Of a stretch of 64,000 nt of DNA, positions 13,052 through 24,861 are shown in pieces; position 1 is the stretch's first letter, and every line of letters begins with the position of its first letter. Under the pieces are notes generated by a model, which did not search any database, was not told where the DNA came from, and worked only from the letters and a program-made list of their open reading frames with translations. Both the position numbers and the translations under genes were made by a program. This DNA is from Dimorphilus gyrociliatus (Eukaryota > Animalia > Annelida): the NCBI GenBank assembly GCA_904063045.1, contig CAJFCJ010000028.1, positions 124,001 to 188,000 of the forward strand, in the 5' to 3' direction.

Positions 13052-13833
13052 TTTTAACTTTGAAACATCTCATGTGATTTGGGGGATATCCCAAAAATAA
13101 AAGGAATTCCGTAAGAATTTATTTATTTTTATAAACTCTATTCTTATTGGTTGGACTAATTATCTTCATAATCAGTGTCACGTTGTTATCTAGATAAAAA
13201 TATCTACACGTACATTTGCATATGAATATATATAACTTTATGTAGGATATAATATATATTTTTGTAAAATAAACATCAGATTTCGTAAACAACCTATTCT
13301 ACAAACTTTAAAATATCGATGTCATTTTACGATATGTGAATACTGAAACAATGTACGAAAATAATTATAAACATGGCGGGAATATGGAGTAAATAATTTT
13401 TATATGAAAATATTATATAACTTTATTTCACATATCATTAAAAATTTGAATTGCAATTCATTTCGTAGGAAAGAAACATTGACACTAAAATATTTATTTG
13501 AATAAAAACAAATAAAAATGTAAAAATAATCGTCGAAAATATATTTTTTGCGTTTTTTTTGTCTAATTTAAAATCATATTTTCCTTTATTTTTAGAAGTT
13601 TTTATGCAGGAATGTTGCACAAAAGGACAAATAAACAGGAAAAAAATAGGAGTTTTTACTAGTTTATCACTTTACAAGAATCATATTCTAATTTAAAATA
13701 AAATATTATTTGAATAATCTATCTATCAGTTTTTCTTGTTGTATTATCGACTGTTTTTGTTTGTTTGTTAAATTCTTTGATTTCCGTTGATCCTTTCTAT
13801 ATTTGATTTAAAAAAGGATACCTGGTTCCTTTT

Positions 13834-14468
13834 TCAAAAGTGCGGTTTTGAAGTACCAGCTAAATAGTAGAGACAATTAATAAGCTTCCGAACGGAGTGT
13901 GAGGTGGCGTCTTTCGGAATTTCTATTATGGCTTTGAATTTTCCATTAGCGAATGATGGATTCAAAACAAATAGTTTGTGCTTTGAGATATCATCGGCAA
14001 AATTTTCATGCAAAAATGCACTTAAAAACGAGAGAATTTGTTTTTTTAACTTAAGATCTGGCTTTTGATAATACTCTTTCAGTAAACAAATTTTACCTTT
14101 CCCCATATAACATACAGGCTCTGTAATAAAATTTTATAATTTTAAGTAAACAACGTGTACCTAACTAATTAAAATGAGTAGAATATTAAGACAATACCTG
14201 TAGAAAATTGAAAGTCACTCATACATAGAGAAAGTTGTGCTGGTATGTTTGTATTCGCATAATCAGTTTGAGCAAAATGCTCTATTGCAAATACTTGATT
14301 TGGCGGTTCTTCTCCAGATATGGGATCCCCAGATGTAATAGGATCACCAGATCCACCATCAACATTAAAATAGCCAACGCCCAATAGCATATCATCAATT
14401 TTCTCTGTTCTTATTGAAGTTACAATAGATGCCAGTAAAGAAAGTAAAAAATAAATCTTGCACACCAT
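13834..14468 (-). CDS. Orphan secreted protein, at least 2 exons (14468-14198, 14120-13834); 3' end uncertain
   Basis: Hydrophobic leader MVCKIYFLLSLLASIVTS; phase-1 intron with good GT/AG sites. No recognisable domain. Confidence 0.5.
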
Positions 14469-15201
14469 GATTTCCCTGTTTACAGATGAAAAATATGCAA
14501 AAACATCAAGCAACAAGCTTAATTTATGAAATTATTAACAAAAGCCACATACACTAAAATAAGTTCAGCTTTAAAGTAGGACGACTAACTTTTATTGAGT
14601 GATCAAGTGAGCTCAATACATACTGAGTGAGTTTTATATAATTTATCATGTGACATTTAACAAATTAGGAATAAAACCTTGTTACTTCAAAATATATCAG
14701 TATACATCTATAAAAAAATTGGAATATTGAAAACTATCTGTAATGTAAACATTAGAATAAATAATTAACAAAATGTCTTTTTTTTTACTTTTCAGCGAAA
14801 ACAGATGATTAGAAAACTTTCTTATTAGTTTATTGCCTGCAAAAATTTCAATAGAAACGTTAAACTCTGTAAGATATTATATAAATACGTCCTCTTTAGC
14901 TACCAATACATATATGTATATATATATATATATATATATACAGCATATATTTAAATAATTTAGTCTATAATTCTATAATATAGAATATACAAACAAACAA
15001 ACATATTTTTTTTCTCTTATAATTTTAAGAGAATCTTTTCTATTTTATATAAAACGAAAAAAACAACTTGCTTTTTTTATTAGAAAATAAAAAGAAGAAA
15101 ACATGAATAATAACTATGTTAATGCATTTCCAAGTAGAAAAAAAAAACAGAAGATACTTTAAGCAGAGCTTTTTTTATTGGAAAATATCAATGCAGTTGT
15201 A

Positions 15202-16280
15202 TTAACTATAATCATCTTCATCTTCATTGTTAGTTTCGGTGAGTTGTTGAGAAACGACTGTTTGAACACGTTCCCATTCTTGTTGTTCAAATTTTGCCAA
15301 GGATTCCTTAGCTTGAGCAAACAATGCTTGTTGTTTCCTGAGTAATTCCTCTTCTGGTATGCCTATAAAAATAAACAGATTAAGAATTTACATCTATTAA
15401 TATTATATAAATTATACATTATATATAACAGACATAACATGAAATAAATAGTGTTATGTATAGTTTGTTTTGGTATTTTTATCATTTTTAAGTCTTTCGA
15501 AGAAAATGAAAGACTATACGGACGATTGTTGTCCTCCAAAGCGTAGGAAAACTGAATACTTGTATCATATTGATTTAAAAAAAAAGGAGAAAAGAAGTAG
15601 TTTAGTAAATGTATGTATGAGCACGAGATTCACATTAGAATAAAGTAGAATAGATAAAAAAAGAATTTTCTATGTATTTATATTTCTAATTTATAAAATG
15701 TTTTTTAGTCTGCTTTGTATAAATAATTATATTGAACATTGAAAACTACGTTTTATATTTCTATAAATGGAATAAAATATAGGCTACTGATAGCAATTTT
15801 ACATATCATTAGCTTTTGAACATCTGCTAATCTTCAATTTCAGCGTATATAACTTTTATATAATTTTTTCTTTTCAAGTTAATGACTATATACATTTTTG
15901 CGTCTATACTAATATATATATATATTATTTTGACTCTCAAAATAGTTACCTAAATCAGCCAATTTTGTTGCCATTCGCTTTCGTTGCGCTTGTGTAGCCT
16001 TAGATTCTTCAAAAACTGCTTGGGCTTCGTCTATATATTCTGAAAAACCCAGAGATTCCAAAGCTTTTAAAACATGCTCTGGGTTGATTGTTTTCTTTTG
16101 TTGTTTAGCGCATATATCGTTTGCTTCGGAAGCTAAAAGATGAATAAATTCGGTACAGCATTGGGCTATTAGTTCTCTAGCATCATTTGCAACTCTAATA
16201 TTTGGGGCCAATTCTTTTATCATTTTGTTCAGTGCAGCTCTAGGTAGTTGAAGTTCATCTTCTTCCCCTTTATCTGCCAT
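15202..16280 (-). CDS. DR1: Negative cofactor 2 beta / Dr1, 2 exons
   Basis: Histone fold LQLPRAALNKMIKEL...ELIAQCCTEFIHLLASEANDIC...KKTINPEHVLKALESLGF; second exon GIPEEELLRKQQALFAQA. Confidence 0.95.
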
Positions 16281-16703
16281 TATTGGCGATGATTAACGGC
16301 AATCGGACTTACTTTTGAGCTCCTGAGGAAACAACAAGTTGAAAGAATTATAAGGAATGGATATGTAATCCAATAAATTAGAAATTAGTTTAAAAGCAGC
16401 AAGTAGGTATTTTAGAGCAAAATTACGAAAATTCCCAAAGATGTAAGGTCAAGGACAAAATTTGTCTTAACTATTTTCGTATTTAATACATTTTAGAGTT
16501 TATTAAAGTTCTTTTAAATTTTAATAGCAATAAAGATATTAATTAATAAAATATTTATTAGAAAAAAATATTTTCATATTCGATTTTACGAAGGTTAATA
16601 TACATAATTTGAATACTGAAAGCGTATAATTGATCATAACACAGTATTAAAACGCAAATGTTCTCAACAATAAACATATAATTTATTTGTAAACGAAATG
16701 CAT

Positions 16704-18262
16704 TCAAACTCTTAAATCAATTTCTTCAGGTGATTGTCTACGTTCTTCTTTTGAAGAAGTTTGTGGAGTTCTTTTCACTTTAGCTGACTTACAATTCTTT
16801 AGCCTGGATCTATAATTTTAAATAAGCCATTGGATGAAATTTTATTAATTTAATCTAAAACAAACCTCTTTTTATATGATATTTTCGGTTTATAACTAGC
16901 AGTAATAATGGCACGTGTTTTCATTATAACTGGCATTGTATGACCCTGTTCGAGAATAAGATAGTATATAAATAAATAAGGTATTCATTCAAACTTACCT
17001 TAAGCGTTGGACACTTTCTCATATAAGCATTCTGAACAGTTTCCATTGATTTACTCTGTAATCTCATAAACTTTGAATGCTTATCTATTTCCTTGACTAA
17101 ATCTTGTTCAGAAATTTTATCAAAATTGATTGTAACACCCTGTTTTTAATCAAATTGAAAGAACAAAAATCATATATATTAATACATATTTAGATACATG
17201 AGTCACTTTATTATATTTTTATTTATATTTACCTTCCAAGGTATTTTTTCATAGCTATATTGATCATGTGTTAAAGGAGAACCAATTTTAGCTGTTTTCA
17301 ATTTATGCATATTATTTTCATAGCATTTTTTGTAGTCGATAATCAATGAGCATAGAGTCTAGATTAGAAAACAGACAATAAGCAAATTCGTTAAATAAAT
17401 AAATAAAGGAAAAAAAATATCAATCAAACCGGAAAAATGAAAGGTTTGTACATAAGATCCGATTTCCTACTCATTCCTAGAGCACCATATTTTCCTTGAT
17501 AGCATAATCCTAATACAACATGCCTATATGTGTTTCCAGAGGAAGTACTTTTGAAACCTATAGTAAATCTTTCCAATCCGTTCAGATTATTCGTTAAATA
17601 TCTTTTTAAAGTTAAGGATTATCCAAAGCATTAAAAGACTTAGCAACGTTTTTCAATAATACATATTTATGTAAAGTATATCTTCAGTTAAAATATTACA
17701 AAATAGTACCATCATTTCAAAAAAAAGGATACATTCCTAAAATAACCGCCTCTAAACATTTGATTGGTAAAGATTCCTTTATCATTTCTTTTGCTAAATT
17801 CATCAAACTGAAAATAGAAAATCATTGCATGATTATTAAAATAGACTATCTTATAAAAAGAAAATTACCCTGTAATTGGCCTATATTTTCCAACGTCGAA
17901 AGATTGCGTATCAGTAAAGTTGTAATGCAACTCTTTCATATATCGCTGAACGAGATTGACTTTATGTTGCATCTCGAGACAATTTGATATTGCTGTTTAA
18001 ATAACATTTAGTACTTAGTATATGGCAATCGTCTATTCTGCTGGTAGCTTTGTTTACATTTACCTGTTCTTGCTCTTGCCAAGCCTATACTTGGTAAATT
18101 ACTATTTTTTTCAGATTTTTCACCTTCTAAAGAAGATTTTGAGGCAAATCTATGCAATTTCTCCCATGCGAAGTCATCAACAGGAAACCCATTTTTCTTA
18201 ACATATATTAAGACCCTTCCATCATAATATTCATCTTCAGAGGGAGTTTTGGCAGATGTCAT
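16704..18262 (-). CDS. VASH: Vasohibin (tubulinyl-Tyr carboxypeptidase), multi-exon
   Basis: Spliced translation gives VQRYMKELHYNFT, EMIKESLPIKCLEAVILG (catalytic Cys), RFTIGFKS...YRHVVLG (catalytic His), GALGMSRKSDLM and C-terminal IDLRV. This gene is mostly missed by the ORF track. Confidence 0.9.
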
Positions 18263-18320
18263 GTTAAAAACTTGAAAATCATGCAGTATTCCCTTCAATA
18301 TTGTTTATAAACGGCGTTAA

Positions 18321-18407
18321 GGAAGTGACGTCATTTATAGAATTTCCTACCAGAGAACACAGCGGATGTTACGTTTACAGAATTTCCCATCCTAATGCGC
18401 ATGCGCA
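18321..18407. promoter_or_regulatory. Bidirectional promoter (VASH / VMP1) with ETS-CRE and NRF1-type motifs
   Basis: GGAAGTGACGTCA at 18321-18333, CGGATGT at 18363-18369, perfect TGCGCATGCGCA at 18396-18407, and AGAATTTCC twice 40 bp apart. It lies between divergent start codons. Confidence 0.6.
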
Positions 18408-18687
18408 AGCCGACAGGCGTTTTCCAATCCCATATTTAGCCGATTAAATAAAAGGCTATATCATCTACAGCAACGTGTCAAGAAACTTGTCCATGGAATG
18501 CTAATATAACTATCACTTAGGTTAGTACGGAAATCTTACCCGATGACTCAAAATTGATTTTGAATATAAACTACACACCTGTGTCTAAGTGTATAGTAAT
18601 CCAGCAGATGTTCTGCTCAGTTAACGTGTTTTATCGACAGTTTTGCATGCGTTTGTCATTGATCAAGGTTTAAAATTTATTAACAGA

Positions 18688-20538
18688 ATGTCGGTAAGTC
18701 TAGATTTTCAGCTAATTATCTCATTTGTATACAACATAAATTTAAATTATTTGGATACTATTCTTTTTCTTCACTACTGTAAAATATATTACATAATCTT
18801 ATAGTATTAAATATAACTAAGTAGGTGTATCAAGCCTTAGGGATGACGTATAGCTTTAAAAAAAACCGTAACCGGTAAGTAATTTTAGGTCGAGTCATTG
18901 ACTCGAATTAGATAAAGGTCATCATCTTGCGATTATTTTGAACAAAGTACGATGTTAAGCATGGAGTGAAGTTCTAGTGCTCGTAAGCTTACGTATTTAT
19001 ATTTTTATCGTATGTAAGAAGACTTTAAGACTTTGAACCAACTAATAGGCCATATAACATGTATTATAGAACATGCAAGCTGGTAATGAACAATGTGTTT
19101 TACAGATTACAGAAGAAGGAATGGGTCGGCAAAATAAAACTGTTCGTTCAAGAACATCGACTAAACAGCGAACACTATCAATGAATGGCTCTAATCAGAA
19201 TATATTGATGAATCCCTCTGAGAGGAAGAATATCGTCTTATGGCGTCATCCAATAACAACTATACAATATTCTGCACTAGAATTACGAGATCTGTTGATA
19301 GAGGGAATAAAAAAAACGAATATATACGTAGTTTTGAGTTTGCTTTTAATTGTGGCCACTTGTACGCTCTCATACATATACGTTCTACCTGAATGGCAGA
19401 TTGAAATACTCTCCAGTGTATGGAAAAAAATACTATGGTATTCATGGTGGGTTGGATTAGGGATATTATCATCAGTTGGTTTTGGAACTGGTCTACACAC
19501 CTTTGTCCTGTATCTAGGTCCATTTATAGTACAAGTTACCCTAGCTGCCTATGAGTGTAATTCTTTGGACTTTCCATCGCCTCCCTATCCTGAAGATGTT
19601 ATCTGTCCTGAGAGTTCTAATTCAGCAGGAGGAGGAAGTACTATAAATGTATGGAGCATTATGTCTAAGGTTCGGTGGGAAGCGATATTCTGGGGATTAG
19701 GTATTTATCGTTTTATTTCTCCAATTCCTCTCACGTTAAGATAAACAACAGCTGAAAAATCTTTTAGCCGAACATAAAAAAATTGTAACATTAGTAAAGT
19801 TTCTCTCAAATCAGTCTATAAAACTAATATAAGAAAAAGATCACTGTACGCATTTTGTTTCTAGTTGTTTTTTTTTCCAAAAATATAAATTATAAATATA
19901 TATATATATATATATTTTTTATAGGTACTGCTATTGGTGAACTACCTCCTTACTTCATGGCTAGAGCTGCTCGTCTATCTGGCCAAATTGATGAAGAAGA
20001 AAAAGAAATAGAAGAACTTCACGAAAAAGGTCATTTAAGCTTTATGGAAAGAGCCAAAATTGCCGTTCATGACTTTGTTCAAAAAGTTGGATTTCTCGGT
20101 ATTCTCTTGTGCGCTTCTATCCCTAATCCACTTTTTGATTTGGCCGGCATAACTTGCGGACATTTTCTTATACCTTTTCCAACATTTTTTGGCGCAACTT
20201 TGATAGGAAAAGCAATAATTAAAATGCACATTCAGCAATTATTCGTCATCTTTATATTTAGCGAGCATCACGTCGAACAAGTAATTTCTCTTATCAAATT
20301 CATACCTAATGTTGGATCTAAATTGCAAGCGCCCTTCAAAGAATACTTGAATAAGCAAAAAGAAAAATTACATCAAAGTTTCGGTACTAAGCAACACAGT
20401 ATAACGCCCTCTTGGATATCATGGGCTTTCGAGAAATTAGTACTTATAATGGTTATTTATTTCTTATTGTCAATTGTTAACTCTTTGGCGCAAACTTATC
20501 ATAGGAAATTATGTTCATCTAAAAAGCAAAAGCAATGA
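18688..20538 (+). CDS. VMP1: Vacuole membrane protein 1; probable 6-nt first coding exon (ATGTCG), then ~19108-19700 and 19924-20538
   Basis: [38 protein letters not shown]|[19 protein letters not shown] and [22 protein letters not shown]. Confidence 0.95.
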
Positions 20539-21680
20539 TCATTCCGTAGAAAAAATTTGTTGAATTATTTTTAATTTTAAATAATTAAAGAATATAAATA
20601 AATCGACTCTAGTCAGTGGATAATTTTTGCTTTTGGCTGCACTTAATTCTAACTTAAAATTAAGAAGTTTAAAAAACAAAATATGTAGACAATTCCTTTA
20701 TTTAACATGTTATATAAAAGAAATTTACTCGTTTTAATCTTTTTTGAGAAAATCTTCTGTTCTCACTTTTCTCAAATTGAAATTATTTAATTGGAATATC
20801 TAATAAATATGTATTAATATACAGTATATATATTTATATATAAATTGAATATGAATTGACAAATCTGTTGTTTATTGTTGATATTCAACATTTTCACGCA
20901 TTTATTCCAATCTCTTTAATAGACCTGGAATATTTTGTAAACGATCTATGCATAGTTTATATGTTTGACTGTATTACATGTATAAGGTAAAAAAAAAACT
21001 TCCTTGTTAATTAGTATATTGAATAAAACGATCGAATACGTTACCAACATAATTAACCTGTATCAAATGCATCCGAATACATAGTCAAGTATTTCCGGAG
21101 TATTCCTGTTACAAGTTAGTAATGTTTAATGATAGGATTTTTCTTTTCACAAACCTACGTTAGGCTTCCGTCCTGCTAAAGTACAAATTTGTAAAGAGAC
21201 AGCCCTTGAATTGCGTATTTTCTTTTATGACACGAGCAGGAACTAGTATAAGCTAAAATGAGAATTTACATGTTTATAGCAGAAGTTTTTAGTTTTTTGT
21301 TTATTTTTCATATTAGCTTTAACTTACGTTTGAAGATACTAACATTATTCTTAAAGCTAACATAGTATGAAAGAAAATTCGTATTAAAAATATGTTTTTA
21401 ATATACTTAAACACTCTATTCATATTCATTATTTTGTACATTTTAAGATTTTGACATTTTATCCTTAAAAAGCAAAAAACATATTTTGATGATATTGTAA
21501 AAATCATAACTATTTAATAAATGAGTAAACTGGGGGTATTTTCAGTCTCTCAACAGTGTTCTTTCGAATAGGGTTCGTGTTTTAAAATCGTGACGTATAG
21601 GCCTTTCTCCTTTGTTAAATCTTAGTCAGTTTAACTTAATTTTTTCCCGTCATAAATTTGAGCGCCGTTGAGGGACTATC

Positions 21681-24213
21681 ATGTTTCGGATAGTATTATT
21701 TCTTCTAATTCCTATTGTTTCTACGGATGTTACTGAGAAATTTCTAACGAAAATACAACAAGAAAATGTTGATATTATATTTATATTTGATCGGTCGAAT
21801 TTATCATCTAAAAACAAATTCTACATAAATCAAAAGCCATTAGTTAAGATATTTATAAGAAGTTTTATGAAAATCAGTGAAAAATATTCTCATGTCGGTA
21901 TTATATCATATGGAAGAGACGTTACAATTGAATTTGATGGAATTTCAAAAAATACAAACACCAGCAAATGTTTTCTTGTTGATAATGAACAATTTTGGAA
22001 TAATATTGAATATTCAAAATCTCCAAATTCCAACAATGGATCCGTTTTACATGAAGCTCTTCAGGCAGCTATAGATATTTTTGAGATTGCTAAAACTGAT
22101 AGTTCACCTAGATCTCGTATCATCTTTCTCTTCTCCAACGGAGTCCTGAAAGAGGACGAACAATTAGTAAACAGTAAATTTAATAAACTAAAACAATCAA
22201 CAATAGACGTTTTTGTAGCTGGTAAATATTTATTGTTAATTTGGATTCAAATTACATTCACCTAGAGTTATTAATTTTATAATTTCTGTTCAATAACAAA
22301 GGTAACGAAGGGGGAAGTGGTTTGGCGGTAAACGATGGTGGATACGGTCGAATTGCCTTATGGGAGAACAGGCTTGATCAAAAGCTTACAATGACAATTG
22401 GTGATAAAAACAACCATGACAAAAAATATAGTAGTGTACCATACAAAAAGGACTGCCTAAAAGACAATGAAACACCGTTGTGTAACGTTATTTCGGGATA
22501 TTCGTCTTGTCTGTGCTCGGCAGGCTATTATCGCAAAGAATTCGATTGTTCAAGTAAGTACAAGAATTTAAGTTTTACCAATACTCCTGTTAACGAACTA
22601 TGGCAACTATTCTTCTCCAATGAATAGAGTGCGAAGTTAACACCTTCAAGGAAACTATTGGAGACGGAAAATGTATTAGCTGTCCTCCTGGATACGGTAC
22701 TAGTTCTAAAGGTTCAACGAAAGGAAGCGACTGCAAATGTTTGGAGGTCAACACGTGCAGAGGGAGTTGCGACAATAAAATATGTAAGAACGGAAAATGT
22801 AATCTAGGAAGTTGCGTTTGTAATGAAGGATATACAGGAGAGACTTGCGAAGAGAAGATAAACTACTGTTCAACTAATCCATGTAAAAATTATGGACAAT
22901 GTAAAAGTCTATTTTTTGGACCATTTTGCTATTGTATTAATGATTATGAGTAAGTAGAATATTCGTATTTACTACTTTATCTATTAAAATAATATAATAT
23001 TAATTATTAATTATTTCTTCAGAGGTGAATTCTGTCAAAATAGTATTAGTGAATGTGGAAATGATTTATGTGCCCCAGGTTTCAGTTGCTTAGATAAAAT
23101 TTATGGATACGATTGTATTAACACATCGTTGATAATGACATCAACAAAGCGTAAGCTTTATTTGTCAATTAATCATAATATCTAGGTTAATTTATTCAAT
23201 TTTTATTGTTTTTATTTCATCATTAAAGTTCCGAAAGAAGAGGACAATAATACATCAATACAATTTTTAATAATTATCATCTGTGCTCCTATTGGCGTTT
23301 TGTTCGTCATTTTGATTATAAGTATCATTGGATTTCAAATATGGAAAAGGAAGAGAAGGGTTATATTACGCTCTAGATATGCCCAAAATACACATGGACA
23401 AAAGTCTCCTCCGCAACTGCCACCACGAATGCCAGGGAATATTTTTTCGGAGGTTTCCAAAATTGCGGCTAGAACTACTACAAGTGTTAAGCGAACATAC
23501 AGAAGAGTTTCTGATTCTGTTTGGAGGGTAAGAAGTAGAAAGGATGAAATGGATGATGTTTACGCAAACAATCCAACGACATCTACGAAATTAAGTCACA
23601 GAGTTCCACCTCCACCTCCTCCCCCTAAAAATAAATCAGCTGTTCCAGACTCTATCTATTCAAACTTGGTAAGCTTTTTCAATATAACTATAGATATACG
23701 AGTCGTTGTGCCATCTGTAATTTATTCTTGTTAAAACTTTATTGTTAACATTTTATCCACCAGTCGATATGACTATAACTTATTAAGTTTAAATAGCCAA
23801 ATTTTTTCTCCTAGCCTTGCTTTCGAAACTTTGAAAGCTGGTTGCCGTTTTTCGAAGAAACAGTTGATTTTTCAAGAGTATCCATGCTGGGCGTTATAAA
23901 GACTTCGACAGAATATATATTAGATACTTTGCCCTGTCCAACTGAAAAGGATATAGCAAGTCTTCGAAGCGCAATGGAGCAAAAGAGAAATGGTCTTATT
24001 ACAGTTCTTAAACACTCGTATATAATATCGTCAAATAACGGAACTGAAATGCACATGAACGCCAAAGGAACTAATAATAGAGCTCAAATTCTTTATATAA
24101 TTAAAGCATCATCGTATTTCATCTTATCAGGAACAACACGGAATAATTTTTCAACAGAATGTCTTCAAAAAGCCAAAGAAATAGCATCTCATCTAGCAGG
24201 TTTTGAAAAATGA
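21681..24213 (+). CDS. Single-pass membrane protein: signal peptide, vWA, Eph-receptor-like Cys-rich repeat, EGF repeats, TM, Pro-rich tail and C-terminal profilin-like domain; exons 21681-22221, 22302-22553, 22628-22949, 23023-23150, 23229-23668, 23815-24213 (693 aa)
   Basis: All five introns are GT-AG with matching phases (1,1,2,1,0), and the CDS is 2082 nt. Domain motifs: DIIFIFDRS (vWA), CSAGYY...CEVNTFK...CISCPPGY...GST...DCKC, CVCNEGYTGETCE, TM IIICAPIGVLFVILIISIIGFQIW, and last exon SWLPF...EIASHL. Confidence 0.82.
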
Positions 24214-24861
24214 AATAAGATAAAAGTTCAACGAACTGAGCGATTATTTTAATATTTTTCTTACTTTATTAATGGATGTAAAACATTTTCTCGAAAAACT
24301 ATTTTCAGTAGTTGTTTGTTTATTTTCGTACTTTTTTTAATACACTTTTTATGTTTTGTACACAATAAATGTTTTAATTCTCGGACGATTGTTGATAAAT
24401 TTAACTATTATTCATGACTTTCTAAGTGCTATTTTTTACTTTTTAATACAGATTTTATCTACTTTTCTTTTAATTTTAACCATCTTTTACCACTTAACCT
24501 TCCTCCGCTTTTTTTCCCATTTATATTTAAAACCATCTTTGAAGGAGTATATAGATAATAATTAGATATATTTAGAAATAGATCATTTATTGATTAATAC
24601 ATTTAATAAAATAAGTCACCTTGTATTTTTTGTTTTGCTTTCATGAAGAGAAGAAGGTTAATTCATTTATTATATTATAGATATCCTTTATTTGTCCTTA
24701 TACAATTAGCATGTGCAGAAAAACATAATTTTGACGTAAACAAAAGTGTTTTAGTTGATCATAAAGCGTTATTAGCATGTATACTGTATATATAAATATA
24801 TCAATAATAGACAAAGTAGGCATGTTAACAATATTAAGTAACATCATCATATATTTCCTTG

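Noticed and set aside
13810-13836. TGA at 13834-13836 as a Sec or readthrough codon
   Set aside because: No SECIS-like structure was found downstream, and the downstream frame has no convincing continuation.
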